DNA from: Paraspadella gotoi
Lineage: Eukaryota > Animalia > Chaetognatha
Assembly (NCBI GenBank): GCA_051294375.1
Contig: CM119267.1
Location: 25,121,783-25,185,782, forward strand
Direction of reading: 5' to 3'
Length of the DNA: 64,000 bases
Shown piece by piece: positions 41,307-55,290 of this stretch. Below the pieces are notes generated by a model. That model made no database searches, had not been told where the DNA came from, and saw only the letters and a program-made list of their open reading frames with translations. Position numbers and translations under genes: made by a program. Position 1 is the first letter of the stretch; every line of letters starts with the position of its first letter.

Positions 41307-44300
41307 TTAAGATCTTCGTTTCCCAATCAAAGTCCCTGCTAGTTTTGCTTCGATTCTGATCATCGTTCTCATTGTCTTTTCGATCTCCGCCAGCCTCTCG
41401 CCCAAAGACGAGGATCGCGCGGCGACGGCGCTCAGTTTCCGGCTCGACGCTGCCAGCGCCGGTGCGCATTTTATGGTGACGCCGCCGCAATCGGCCACCA
41501 GTCGGCGTTGGTCTCGTTGTAAGTCTTCGACGCGGAGGGAGAGGCGTAGCATTTTGTCGACGACGCGCGTCTTGCGCCTTTGAAGGCGAAGGGATTTCCT
41601 ACGGACCTCCTACGAGACAAGGAAGGTTAAGAGTTGAAGAAATATAGAAAAAGAGGATTTAAACAAAAGATCATCGATCGATCGATAGGCACCTAACCTC
41701 CAAATTCCTTCTGGCGCAAGCGGCATCACAGAGGCGGCCCGCCACGCGGCGTCGCGCCTCAGCGTCGCGTAGGTGACGCAAAACGAATGCGACGAGTTTA
41801 GGGAGAGCGAGAGGAGAATTGACGGGAAAGGGGTGAGAAGAAGGGGAGGAGGAGGAAGAGGAAGAAGAAGCAAAAAGGATGAGAGACGGAACTCGAGTCA
41901 TCGTTAAATTCCACGGGAGGTCATTGGCGTCGATGTCTAGACGACCTACGATCGTTGGGAAGGAAGTTAAGAGTTTAATTTGATAAATACCATGTAAAGT
42001 TATTAATTTAAACAAATTAACTAACGCACCCAATTTAAGGCGGTCAATCCCGACGAACAACTTCGCCATGTTCGAAACGTAGCGATTGAAAACGCGACAA
42101 AGTCCGCACGTGTTGGAGTAAAAAAGGAGCAGGAGTTGTTGTCCTGGGGCGGAAAGAATTCGGTGTAGACTGTCCGAGGTGATCTCGAGTAGGAATGCGT
42201 CCCCGTCACCAACGGGGCGTCGATCCGTTTCGTCTCGACGCCGCCATCGACGAAACGGTGCCGCTCGATTCTCCTCGGTGAGGTTCTTCACAAGCTCCGC
42301 CAAGTCTTTGGTCGCGGCGCCCTCGGCAAGGAGGTGAGGCGTTTCCTCGTCGCTGTCCAGAGCGGCGATGACGAAGCCGAAAGATGTGAAGCGACGTGAC
42401 GAATCCTCGGCGTCTTCGAACCTGGATGGACAATGAGAGGAAAATAGGAAAAAGACTTCTAAACCCCGGACGAACTAATTCATTAACAAACCTTTTGGCG
42501 AAGACTGGAAAGTCGTCGCGGACAACATAGGCAAACTCGACGCTGCGATTGAGCCGACAGGCGAGACCGGCGAAGCCCGGCACGGACAGTACTCCGTCCT
42601 CGACGACGTCGGCAGCGTTCTTGGTCAACGGGCGCCAACAGAGCGACGGGCGACCTCGGTAAAGTCGGCAGAAGCGGCGCCAGTCCGTCGCAGTCGGCGG
42701 AGGAGGCTCCTCCTCGTGATTAGAGACGCCGATCGAGCAAACGCGGGTAAGGTTTTTTGAAGAGGTTGTCGTGATTGTCGTTGATGTCTTGAAGCAGATC
42801 TCGGAATTGGTGAAGCGTTTCGTCAAAGAGGAGAAAGAATCTTTTTCTTCTTCGTCTTCGTCGTCGAGCTCGTCAGCGAATCGTTTGAGTTTATCACAGC
42901 AAAAGTGTTGAGCGCGAAATCGCGAGAGCGAAGATCGAAGGACGTGTTGGAACGCGTCATGGTAAGTATCGTCGCAGGCGCGAAACCACAGCGCCGTCTC
43001 GCGGAATGCCGCGTAGCTCGGGTTGTAGGCGTGAGGCGATTCCTGAAGAAAATAAATAGTTAAATGATAAAGAAACGTCTCGATAAAGGAACTCCGACAC
43101 CCGATCCACGACTCGCCCTTAAATCGGGTCCGATCATCACGAGGGTGAGATTGGCGTCTCGAGTTAAGAGAGGGTGCAACGCCGCGCCTTCTTTTGCCAC
43201 GAAGATGACCGTCGGCCGGGAGGCGTGGGTGCGGACGGTGACGATCAACGCGGCCGTAGTCGCCGGCGAGTGTGTCTTCGTTGAGTTAAAGGCTTCTTCG
43301 CCTTCTTCCATCAAAGAAAAAGTGAGCGTCTCGTTGGACGCGCGGTAGAATCTAAGGGATAACGCAGATATTTAGTTATTGTCATGAAGAAAGAAGTGTA
43401 ATGGATGGTTATTTAATATGATCTTAAATGAGATTGAATTTCTTAATCTTATTTACATATTGTAGTGTAACTTGAAATGATACATTTTCATTTTGGGTTT
43501 CAATTTTAGTTCTGTTTCTAGGTTTTTCAGTACTTAAATATAGTCTTTAGCAATATTGGTAATTAACAGTAATTATAGTAATGTTTTAATTGATTATTAT
43601 AATTTAGTATTTTATTACTTAGAGATTGACTTGCTCATATTTGGTTATCTCTTTATTTGTTCAGAAGTTTAATCATTATTCAGCTTTGGTTTTGGGAGTG
43701 GAGATCCTGATTATGATTATTATTAGTAAGAGAGTAAATAAATCGCCGGCCGAATTCTTTAAAAATTCTAATGCCCGCTAAGAAATATTTTGCTCCCTCT
43801 GTTCAAACGCCGGTCACAAAACGTTACCTTATTTGGAAGTATTTTTAGAATTGTTTACTTTACAATGTAAACCAAATTTTTCTCTCTCTCGCCGTATAAA
43901 AATGAATGCCACTTTGTACAATTAGCCAATTCGATTCCATTCGCTTTTCTGATTTCAATAAATCGATTCATTATGGCAACAGCCGGGTTGCCTGTGATGC
44001 CCATTGGGATGGGGCATCTCACTGTTGGCTTTGGGGGTTCCGACCCTCAGTGACGCCTCCAGTCACTGGCGCGGTTACCCTAGGACGGTCTCGCTTTGCC
44101 AACGCAGAGGGAAGTCGTTAGGACTGTGGATGGAACACTACGCCTGGGATGGTGTGTTCCCCCTCTGAGCCAATGGATTTGGCTGAAGGATGGTGGACGT
44201 GAGGCGGTGTGAATATACCGCCACATCATCTCATTTTGTTCGCATTTTTATCTCGACCACCTCCACTTTAGAGTCCATATCTCCTTATCAGAGCTCAATC

Positions 44301-47300
44301 AGCAAAAGGTTAACATCCTAAACAGTTAATCACTAATACGAGTAATAGTAATAGTGCTAAATTGTGTTCAATAAGGTTTCAGCACAAGATAATAAAGACC
44401 AACTAATGATGTTTAATTATGGCTCCACGTACGATCGAAGTCTTTTAGATAATGATTTCTGAACTTAAATAATTTCCATCTGTTTATTTAAAAAAACGGT
44501 TTGCTATGGTTATCTCATTCTTATTACCTAGTACTGTTCAGTTAAATTTTTACTTGTTAAAAATACGGTAAGACATGATTTCTTCGGTGATTATCAATCT
44601 AATCTCATTAACTAGCTAATTTGAGATGAATTTTTATGGTACCAAACTTTAAAAGATCAAATTCCTCTTTTGAATTTTTTCGGCTTTTATTGACACAAAA
44701 CTTTTCAGGCAAGACGGCACATTATATGATACAATTTTTTTCCCTTTCACACCGTTTCCCTGATTCTTTGTCTTCATCTCTTTTATTCTTTGTGTTTCTA
44801 TTTTTATCTTCCTCTTTCCTCCCGTACTTAACCTTACCTTTTCTACGACCCTACCTTTGACTTTTTTCCATTTTCCCTTCTTTTTCCGCCTTTCCTTTAT
44901 GTCCCTATTTTTTCCCCTTTTGCCTTCTTTTTTATTCTTTTCCCCCTTTCTCTCTCATTCTCTCCCTTCTCCTTTTCTTGTTCTCACTTTCCTGTTCCCT
45001 CCCACTACTTTTCTGCATATACATTGAGCCAAATCAAAGAAATTCCTTAATATGCATTATAAGAAAATAAATTTACGGTATCTTATGATTTTATTTCAAT
45101 TTTGGTTGCCAAGCAGATTTACTAAGATTTTGCAGAAAAATTTTCTGAGATTCTGAAAAAAAAAAAAAATCCTGACGCTTTCCATTGGTTTAAAAGGATG
45201 CGGCTTTTTTTGTTTTATTAATATTAGTATGTTCCTCAACTGTTAAAACTATGAAATAAATTTAAAATCTTATCTTTATTAACAATAAATGCAAGTCACA
45301 AAAAGTCACAAATTAATTGTCGTCTTTAAAAATTATTTATGGCTTAATGAAAAGAGTTTTTTTGATAATTTTGTAGGTGTTAAAAGCTTATTCTGTGGGC
45401 TATATTTTCTGTTAATTTAAGCCAATTTAAATTATTTTTGTTTAATAAATTATAATAGAAACTAAAACTGCGAATTTTGACTTGTCAACTTTAAAATTAA
45501 TTCATAAGTAAACTATGAATGATACAGGGAAATAAATTTACTCAAGGGTGAAGAAGATAAAGAAGAAAGGAATTCCAAAATATAAAAAAAATTTTCAACT
45601 TTCCTTGGCATTCAAATTTAAAGACGAAAGTGAAAATGGACAAAAATGGACATGATTTTTTTTCCCAAAAGTTGCGAAAATGTTACTCTTATATGATTAG
45701 AAGATGCTGAAGATGGTTTTATCCAATCTGTAGTTTGGCCTAATTTATATTATAGTGCAAATTAAATTAATTTTGTTAATAGTAACTGAACAATACTGGA
45801 AAAAGTAGTTTTTTTCTGAATGCGAGGATTGTAAGCAGAGGCTTATGTTTCCATTTCTCTACGTCAGATACAGCTATCTAGCCAATTATATAACAAAGAC
45901 TTACAGATTACATAGAAAGTATTTAATAGCGAGCATTCTTCACCGATGCAAAGTTAAGTCAAGATTCTTTCAAGTAAGATACATCTGAAATGCGCATTTA
46001 TAGTTAAGCTGTTTACACTGAACCTGTTGGTTCTTAGTGATATACATATCTTATCTCAGGCAATATACCTATACCCTCCTATAAAAGGACTTGTTTGTAG
46101 CCTATGTTATTCATTTGAATATCTTTCTTTCTTGTTAGCTTCTTTCTCTTCTTCCAATTTTTTGCTTTCCTTTCTCACCCTAAACTCATCAACTTTAGTC
46201 CTCTAAGCACTTCTTTCGTTTCTCCCTTTTCCGGCCTTTCCTCCCATCGTTATCTCTTCTCCTTTTCTCTCCTCTGATTCATTTTTCTTATTTTTCCACC
46301 TTTTCTTTCTTCTTCGCCTGTTCTTTTTTCCTTTCCCTCCTTTTCTTTCCTCCGGTCTATTTGTCTTATTTCTTTTCAACTTCTCTTTTCTCTTCTCCTT
46401 TGCCTTTTCTCTTCTCCTTTGCCTTTCCTCTTCTCCTTTTTTCTTCACCATTCCTCTTCTTCCTTCCTATTTTTACTTTCCACTTTTCGTTTCTTCATTA
46501 CCTTTCCTCTTCTCCTTTCTTCTCTACCTTTCCTCTTCTCCATTCCTCTTCTTTCTTCTTCACCTTTCCTCTTCTCCTTTCCTCTTTTCCCCTTCCACTT
46601 TTTTTTCTTCTTTACCATTCTTATATCCTCTGTTTCCTTTTTTCTTCCATCTTTCTTCTCCTAGATACCTCATATGACAGCTAATTTTAATTTATTTTTT
46701 TATATATTTTTATGCCAGTCCAAGGAGGCTGCTCTCATTATTCACTTGCAAAAAACCGTTTTAAAATAAAATTTTCGAGTTTCTCTAAAGATTTCTGACG
46801 CGCTAGTAATATTTAAAAAAAGGAAAAAACGTTTCGCTGATTTCTGAGTTATATGATGACGAAAAATGTTTCTTCAAGTTTTAATTTAAAATTTAAGTAT
46901 TGTACCAATAGTCCAATAGGAATAAGTGAGTTACTCCCTCTTTGCCGAAATTTTTATTTAACAAAGATTTTTACTGCGTAGTTCAAATCCTTAACGGTAA
47001 AAAAAAGTTATTTTCTTGAATAACTTTTGAAAGAAAAAAGGTAGCAAGGTGGGTGTGGTATCAAATTAAAGCCCTAATCATGGGACACCTTTTTAAAAAA
47101 GTTTTATTAAAAGATTTATCCATAAATATTTATACAGCTTTTATTTAAATCGGAGTTAAAAGTTAACAGTTTTTTGCATTAAAAATTTAAATGAAGGCAT
47201 ATGAATTTTTTTGTTTTTCTTTTGTAATTTAAAAAAGGAAAGACTGAATTACATTTTGATTACTATTAATTTTTCTCTACTCCATAACTTTGCTTGTATT

Positions 47301-50300
47301 TTTCAGTTAAAGTAAAAAACAGGAAAAAATTTATATAGTAACTTGATAAAATGTCTTTTTAAATATGAAAAATGATAAATACAAATAGGTTTTTAGCTTC
47401 CTATACACAGTCTGGACGTCTACCTTCTTGTCTGTGAAAAAAAAAATCGTTATTTTTCATTATCTTCAACTGCAAACAAAAAGCTTGACACACTGCTTGT
47501 TTATCATAATAAAATTTTAAAAAATTACATAGCTGGCAACATATTTGACAAAACAAGACATTGTGTTAAATTTTATTGATAATTTTTGTCTAAATATAAT
47601 TCTATTATTTATTATCCATTTTAATTAAGAAAAAAAATTTCGCGGAATAGCCCATTGAAAAGGGTTCATTGACTGACTTAATGATCCAATTTTTTAGGTT
47701 TCTTTACTGCCCCCATTTCACAAGACATAAAAGGTCATGATTATCGTGTCAGTATATCCAGATTATCTGTTCGATTTCTGCAACCTGCATTCAAAATTTT
47801 ATTTTTTCTCTTTTTAAATGTATTAAATAAAAAAAAATATTTGAGAGAACGATCGGCGTGGAGGATGCCATTTGTAAGCCTTAGTTACCCCACTTCCCGA
47901 TGGAATTTTTAAACGAGGTTTTTTTTTCATCTATTCGAGACATAATACTAACTATTGGTACTATTAATTTTATATTGGTTACATAATATTTTGGGTAATC
48001 AGAGAAACGTTTAGCGTTTATTTAAGGAGGAATCTACTTATCCTTCCTGCTTCTCAATCACCTGACGTAATCGAGATCAAGGTCCAATTCTCTGGCCAAA
48101 GAAGGCGAGGCCACCACGAAGAAGCGAAGGGAAAGAGGGTGACGGGAGGTGGCGAAGTGGGTGGAGGCAGAGTGGAAGGTGGCGAAGGTGGAGAGAAGGG
48201 ATCGAGGGTTGGGTGGAGGAAAAGGCATCGACGAGGGATCTGCGGGACACAAAGGGCGAGCCCGTTGATTTAAGAGTTTTGAAGTAAATAAGAAACGAAC
48301 CGAGCGCCATCACCTGGTGAATAAGGAAAAGTACCCGCGTCGGAGACGTCAAAATGACCGAGGACTACGGTGTCGAAGGAGGCGCGCGCGTCCTCCAACG
48401 CCTCCGACGAGTCGAGGCGAGAAAAGGGATGCACCACTCGTTCTACGAACGCTAAATATCTTTAAAGTGACAAAAAAAGGGGGAAAATTGTATTTTCTTA
48501 CTTTTCAGAAAATTGGCAATCGGCAAATCTAACCCAGAAGCGGATCGCGGTCCGTCGTACAGTAACCCTCGATGTTCTGCCCCCAGGCGTCGTGAATATG
48601 CGTAAAAAGCGGGGAAGGCGACGAGGCCGGTGGCGCGCCGGTGACAGGACGAATTCCGCGCCCGACAATTGACGGCGGCGAAACGAAGGACGCCGGGAGC
48701 GCGGCGCCGCGCGGACGAAGATGCGGCGCGGATGAATCCGGCGCGAGATTCCAACGAATCCGCGTCCCACGAAGCGTAATACATTACCAAGACAACGTCG
48801 TAGCGAGAAACGAGAGTCTGCAAGGAATGGAGGGGAGGAAAGGGAAAAGAGGAGGGAGGGCCTTTTTATAAGGTAACAAATATAGTTTTTTTTTTTCAAA
48901 AAACTACTTCTTAATGAAACAATCAACTAAATGCCAACTAATTGCACTATGGGCATATTTTTTCCGAGAAAAAACCTCATTTCGAAGACTGTGGAGGGGG
49001 GAGATAAGTTGAGGAAGGGTGAGGAGAAAAGGAGAGAAAAACTCATATCCCTCAAATTTTAACCTTTCTTTTTTCATTTTCATAATTTATAGTAGTTAAC
49101 TGTTAAATGTTTATTATCACTTTTAGTTTAAAGAATTTATCTTTGTTGTTCATTGAATAATGTATTGTTTCTAATATTTCTTTGTCTGTCTCTCTCTCTC
49201 TCTAGCTCTCCCTTTCACCATTTACAGAAGGCTTCATATTATAAAATGTGGTACCCCTTTTTTTGTGGCCAGAACACGTTCCGAGAAAACTACTGAATAG
49301 AATTTAATGAAATTTTGCATGCGGAGTACCAGTAGTGATACAAATGGAACTATCAAGACAATTTTTTACATTACACCCCTAAGCTGAGATAAGGGGCCCT
49401 GAGGGCAAAAAATGGGCAAAAATTGTTTTCAAATTTTTTTATTATTTTTGTTTTGAACTGTTGCACAGACGTTTACTCTTCCACAAAAACGTATTTATTA
49501 CCTCAAAAATATTCATTTACCTTAATTTTTAGCTTCATGAACATCAGCAGTTAAAGTCAGATTTGGAATAATTTTGGAAAATTGGAAGTAAAACGATGAA
49601 CCATGCATCTTCAACCATGCTTAATTATTGCAAATTTATCAATTTTAATTCTAAAATATTTTTTTGTTATGTTTAAAATGTCAATGCACCAGATGCTACT
49701 AAAAAAATTTGAAAAATAAAAAAAAAATTGTAGCATTTTTTGGCCCCCCAGGGGTCCACCCCCAGGGCCCTGTATCTCTTGTCAGGGGTTGAATATTAAA
49801 ATTCGCCCCGATAGTTCCATTTATATAGTCATTAGCATTCTCAATGTAAAATTTCATTAAATTTGATTGGGTAGTTTGGTGGGAACAGATTCTGGTCACA
49901 AAAAAAGGGTACCACATTTTATAATATGAAGCCTTCTGTAATTTCTTTTTCACAATCTAACTCAATCTGTCCTCAACTGAACCTGTCCTCACATCTGACC
50001 ACTATTCTTTTCTAATCTCTGTGTTGGAAACTTTGCTCTCTCTCTCTCTTCTTCTTTAGCACAAAATAATTTCACAAATTCACAAAAAAAATGTTAACGC
50101 TGATGAAGGCTTGTACGTAAGCCGAAACATGTACGTTCTGATATTAATAAAGTCGTTGTAGAAAACATTAAAACGTCTCCCAATAATTTTTTTTTAATAA
50201 AAACGCAGAGAGAAAGAAGCCAAATCGTTTTCGGACGAATCAGCAGCGGCAGCAGCAGAGGCAGCCAGAAAAAAAAAGACAGCAAAAGACAGCAGCAGAA

Positions 50301-51673
50301 GCAGCGGGAGAAAAGAGAGAAAAAGAAAAAGCCCTTGCAGAGCCAGCTGCAGACTCGTTTTTTTCCCGAAGAATCAGACTGGGGAAAAGAAAGAAAGAGA
50401 GAGAGCTACATATAATTAATAGGCGATTGATAAATTGGAACGCCGCCGCCGACGACGACGCCTACGCCACTTATGCGCAAAAGCGTTACGAGATCGACGA
50501 AAATGGACGAAAGCATCTAAGAAGGGAGGAAGAAAAAGATGGATGAACAGATGAAAACAAAAGGAAGAGAAAAGTGAAAGGAGTAAAACAAAAGGAAAAC
50601 AGAAGTAGAAGGAAATCGTGAGAAAATTAAAACAAAATTGACCCATTCAATACATATATATACACACTGTCTTAAAAACAAACCAATCCAACTCTTCCAC
50701 ACCTTGAGAGCCGCCAAGTCGCCGTCGACGATCTCGACGACAGGATCCGACTCGTCACCCGACCTCGTGCGGCGACCACGTGGAAAAAGGCGCCGAGGAG
50801 AGGCGCGAGCAAAGACGGGCAGAGGCGCCGGAGTCACGGGCGCCGACGGAATCGAAAGCGGCGCCTCGACGAAGCTCGATTGATATTTTGATTTAATGAG
50901 AATCGGGTAAAGGAGGCTGAGGATCAACAGTGAGAGATCCATGACGAACAGGAGAAGGCTGTAACAAGAGAAAATTCGTCGTTTGGGTCGTTGGTACTGT
51001 TGTTGTCGCTGCCGCTGGTTCTGCTCTGGGGGCTGATCGAGTGATCGTTGTGTTTGCAGCGGAGGTGATGAAGTTTGAACGATTTCTTCGATTTCTTTTA
51101 GGATCGAATCGAAGTCGGGATCTTCTCCTTCATGAATTGGGTTTTCTTCTCTTTCCTCCTTTTTCTCTTTAGTTTTTTCTTCTATCTCCCCTCCGTCTTC
51201 TTTTTCACTTTTCTCTTTAGTGTTTCCTTTCTTTTCTTCTACCGCACCTCCGTCCTTTTTTTTTCCTTCCACCTCCGCCTCCTCATCCGCGGCCGAGTCG
51301 TCCTGGTGTCCGAGCTGAAGACAAAATCGGAGATTTTGTTAAATCAATAGGGACATAAACTAACTCTCTCTCTCTCTCTTACTTTGAAAATCATTCTCCT
51401 TGTCTCTCGTTGATAAAATAATATCTTTCTCACAATACTAGACTAAATCTAAAACCAGATTTCTGTCATGTTCCAATCACCCCTTGGCCTTGATTCGTAA
51501 TAAATAAGATTCAATCACAGATCCTTACAATCCTTTCCAATCCCGATTCGAGGGCAAGAACGCCTGGCCTTTTAAACAAGACCGACCTCAATGTCGGCCC
51601 CGACGCCATCTCGAGATCGGCGTCGCGTCTGAAGTGGCCTCTTGTTCGGCGGTGGCATTTCTTGACTTGGCAT
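41307..51673 (-). CDS. TXNDC11: Thioredoxin domain-containing protein 11 (EFP1)-like, multi-exon
   Basis: N-terminal hydrophobic segment; Trx domain 1 VMYYASWDADS...FAAVNC; Trx domain 2 LLFYSNTCGLC...RLDIDANDLPWNLTMTRVPSLILF; C-terminal coiled coil. Exons about 51587-51673, 50703-51314, 48534-48817, 48062-48314, ~43110-43351, 42492-43043, 42030-42421, 41698-41946, 41307-41608. First exon is tentative. Confidence 0.82.
43972..44225 (-). mobile_element. Solo LTR, family A, in a TXNDC11 intron
   Basis: 254 bp, TGTGG...GCCATA on minus strand, TCAT/TCAT TSD; A box TGGCTCAGAGG, B-box-like GTTCCATCC. Confidence 0.88.
44024..44103 (-). ncRNA. Twister ribozyme, type P5 (family A), L4 loop G lost
   Basis: Same layout as 22946-23026, but the loop reads TCGGAAC instead of TCGGAAGC. 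Confidence 0.75.
46200..46660. repeat. Polypyrimidine low-complexity tract
   Basis: CT-rich run with CCTTTCCTCTTCTC units in a TXNDC11 intron. Confidence 0.7.
49225..49938. mobile_element. MITE, same family as 30290-30982, in a TXNDC11 intron
   Basis: Same TIRs and TA flanks. Confidence 0.88.
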
Positions 51674-51977
51674 CGATAGCCAAGGAGACGGCGAAGATGG
51701 AAAAACTAGACATCCTTTCGTTTCCGTCTACCGGAGACTAACATAACTGTATAGAATATATATATTTATCGATGTGAATTTAGCAATAATATGAGCAAAC
51801 AAATTTCAATTAGAAAAAATAAGGCATTGTAGTGAAACGATAATCATTCGCACGAAAACGACGCTCTAAATCGTGTTAAATGAAAAGATAATGATTCAGA
51901 TCTAAAATATTGCAAATCAATATTATTAACCAATTTCTCGATTTTGTTACCTTGAATGGCATATATACATATGTATC

Positions 51978-52450
51978 TTTTTTGTGACCAGAATCTGTTC
52001 TCACCAAACTACCCGATCAAATTCAATGAAATTTTACATTAAGAGTGCTAATGACTATATAAATGGAACTATCGAGGCGAATTTTGATATTCAACCCCTG
52101 ACAAGAGATACAAGGCCCTGGGGGTGGACCCCTGGGGGGCCAAAAAATGCTGAAAATTTTTTTTTTTTTTTTTGAAATTTTTTAGTAGCATCAGGTGCAT
52201 TGACGTTTTAAACATAAGAAAAAAACATTTTAAAACTAAAATTGATAAATTTACAATAATTAAGCATGGTTGAAGATGCATGGTTTATCGTTTTACTTCC
52301 AATTTTCCCAAATTATTCCAAATCTGATTTAACTGCTGATGTTCATGAAGCTAAAAATTAAGGTAAATGAATATTTTTGAGGTAATAAATACGTTTTTGT
52401 GGAAAAGTAAACGTCTGTGCAACTGTTCAAAACAAAAATAATAAAAAATT
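51978..52450. mobile_element. Truncated copy of the same MITE
   Basis: Near-identical to the reverse complement of ~49435-49905; both termini missing. Confidence 0.8.
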
Positions 52451-52598
52451 TCAGCAAACGATACATAAATATGGCAAATCAATATCATATCAAAATACCA
52501 CGATCAGTAGACACATTTTTTTCCGCAACAAATGGTGATAGAAACTTCGGAACTTATGGATTTAATTGAACGTAAAACTCCGATGTAGATGTAAATTA

Positions 52599-54150
52599 TT
52601 ACAAATTAATAAAAAAGTTGTTAATAGTATAAAACAAAATATTTTTAAAGCAATTTATCTTCTGAGATCGATGATGTTCTTCAACGCCCTGAAGCATTGC
52701 TTCAAGTTGCATTTTATTACAGGTTATTGAACCGTCGTAATCACTCACAAATTTTAGCACCCTCTCCGCATAATCATTGTCATCATTGAAAGGCGAAAAT
52801 CCATTTACAAGCTTGCAGAATGAGTGGTAGTTGGCGTTATCATTCCATTTTTCTACAGGTTTTGACAAAAAAGATGGCTCAAAGTGACAAAGCTGTGTAA
52901 TAAATTATAATTGTCGTCATTGAAATTAAATATAATTAAATATAAACATTATTGATAAAATATTGCAAATGAACCTGAAAAAAACCACCATTAATCAGCC
53001 AAAAAAACGAAGATGGTTAACAAATTCTACGTCCTCTGCTCTGGCGGCTTTCGTCTTTTTTCCATCAGCCTCAATATCATGGATAGCGTTTTTGGCGGTG
53101 ACAAAGTGAGAGTCACGAATAGTCAAAAAAATTCCATTTAAACATTAAAAAAAAATACTAACATCTGACACATAATTATTGAGACAAAAGATTGAATGTG
53201 TTAAAGTTTATAACATTTATTGTAAATATAAATACAAAATATATTTTTTTAATACTAATTACGTTAATAAAATACAGACGAACAAGTTGAACCAAAAAAA
53301 GTCACAATTTTCTAGTGAAATGTGGCGTAGGGACCTTCAATCGAGACGTAGAAAACCCAACTTTATTTTCCATTCCTTTCACGATCGTGCGCGACTGTTT
53401 TGCCCTGAGTTTTCTTGACCGCCCTGCGTTTTTTTTGTGCTTGAGAGTATCTCCAGACTTTACTCTTTGTATTACGCGATAAATAGATGGACGGCTAACA
53501 TTTAGCTTCAAAAAATACTGTAAAGTAAATGCTGCTCCTTCTTGTTCATGATTTTGGTAGAATTGGGCAATGACTTGACGGCGCGCTTCAGAGGAAATTG
53601 ACTGCATCTTGAAAACGCGCGGGCCAATAAAAAAAAAAAAATTCAGTTTGGTAGACAAACATTTCTGGCTTCATTAAAAAAAAAAAGCTTTCTACGGCGT
53701 CCTGGACGCCGTCTACAGGCCCCGGAAGCCGTCTCAATAATTATGTGTCAGATGTTATGATAATTTTACTCCTTTAAAATACTATATTAATTGGATATTT
53801 TCTACAAACCTTTTCTGGATAAACTTGGATTTATCAGAAAGATATGAGATCTGCTCGAGTACGTTATTCCAAATCGTTTTCAGGTGGAGCAAAGGGATTC
53901 TTGCGTCACCCAGTTTCCAAAGGTTAATTAATTCTACAGCTATGACAGTGGCAGTCTCATTTTTATCTCGTTGGTTTTTAGTCTGATTGTAAAAAATGTC
54001 AAAGAACCATTCCAATATTGCTGCGCCTTTTAGTGGTTCTGCCGGTGGTGGTCGAAAGTTCGCAAAGCGCTTGCAAATACCAAATTTTGGAAACAGAGGA
54101 AACTCGGCCCCTGTAGCAGAACGAGTGTTCATGAATAATGGACTGTCCAT
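52599..54150 (-). pseudogene. Decayed, internally deleted DNA-transposon transposase fragments (possibly hAT-related), interrupted by a Tc1 element
   Basis: N-terminal piece 53782-54150 (MNTRSAT...AVELINLWK...IP) and C-terminal piece 52599-52868 (ND..AERVLKF...LQGVEEHHR) resemble invertebrate DDE transposase termini as I recall them; superfamily uncertain. Confidence 0.45.
53161..53755 (-). mobile_element. Internally deleted Tc1/mariner element
   Basis: TIR ACATCTGACACATAATTATTGAGAC at both ends with TA flanks; ORF 53302-53658 has an HTH-type N-terminus (VSRPSIYRVIQR...GRSRKL) but no DDE domain. Confidence 0.82.
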
Positions 54151-54409
54151 AAAAAAATATGGGTAATTTTACTATTCAACGACCACAACCAACCTTGGGT
54201 ACCACCGGTCGGTGGTTAGTTAATCCATTTAATTTTATTTTCGGTCGAGCGTCGAATCTCAGTTTGCGCAGTAATACAATTTTTATCATTTTATTTTTAA
54301 TAATAGTTTTAAATTTATTTTAATTGCTATTTTTATATTCGAGATAGGAAATGAATTGTTTGTTTACGTACAACGAGTTTCATTAAGTTAGATTATTTTC
54401 ATGTTCATG

Positions 54410-55290
54410 GTTTGGGTGTTTACAGTACATTCATGGATTGTAGCAAGGGTTTTGACAAAGTGAATCATTATGGTCTTTTTACTAAGCTTATAGATAGTGG
54501 AGTGCCATTATGTTTCTTAAAAATCTTAGTATACTGGTATAGTATATGTAAATAGTATATATATAGTATATATAGTAAATGTAGATGGAAAAGTACCATA
54601 AGTGATTCTTTTGTAGCGTCTTCTGGCGTTCGCCAAGGAGGAGTCCTCAGTCCATACTTATGGGCAGTATATGTCAACGATTTAATTTTGGAACTAAAAA
54701 AATCCGGTTATGGTTGTTACATAGGACATATTTTTGTAGCATGCATATTTTATGCAGACGATATAACACTACTTTCACCAACGATAAGAGGTATGCAAGT
54801 CTTAATTGACATTTGTGCAAAATATGCAAAGGATATTTGTTTTACATTTAGTTTCAAAAAAACGAAAGTCATGTATTTTGGGAAGTGGCAAACGACAATT
54901 TCAAATGATATACTTTTTCTTGATGGTAACTGTATCGATCTAGTTGATAAATGGAAATATCTAGGGTTCAACCTTAGTAGTGAAAGAGACAGCTTGTTTG
55001 AGCCAATCAAAGAATTGGTATCTTTTTTTAGATCAAGTAACTGTTTGATAAATGCCTTGTTAAAGCCTTTAGAGGAATTATTGATGAAATTGTATTATAC
55101 TAACTGTGTTCTGGTTCTCCTTTAAGGTTGTGAAGTAAAAAAATTTTCTGTACGTAATATGAACAGACTTAATGTAGCTGTAAATGATGGTGTCGAAAGA
55201 TTTTTGGATATAATCAATGGAAAAGTGTGAGGAACTTAGGAGTATGTTTGGATACCACGACCTATCTACAATTTTTAATAATCGTAAGAA
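54410..55290 (+). pseudogene. Non-LTR retrotransposon (LINE) reverse transcriptase fragment, 5'-truncated and decayed
   Basis: FMDCSKGFDKVNH...SGVRQGGVLSPYL...YADDITLL...WKYLG motifs, with stops and frameshifts. Confidence 0.88.

Noticed and set aside
43972-44225. Ordinary tRNA-SINE interpretation of the twister repeats
   Set aside because: No A-rich or tandem tail, fixed 4-bp TSDs, a leader upstream of the A box, and a two-LTR copy exists.
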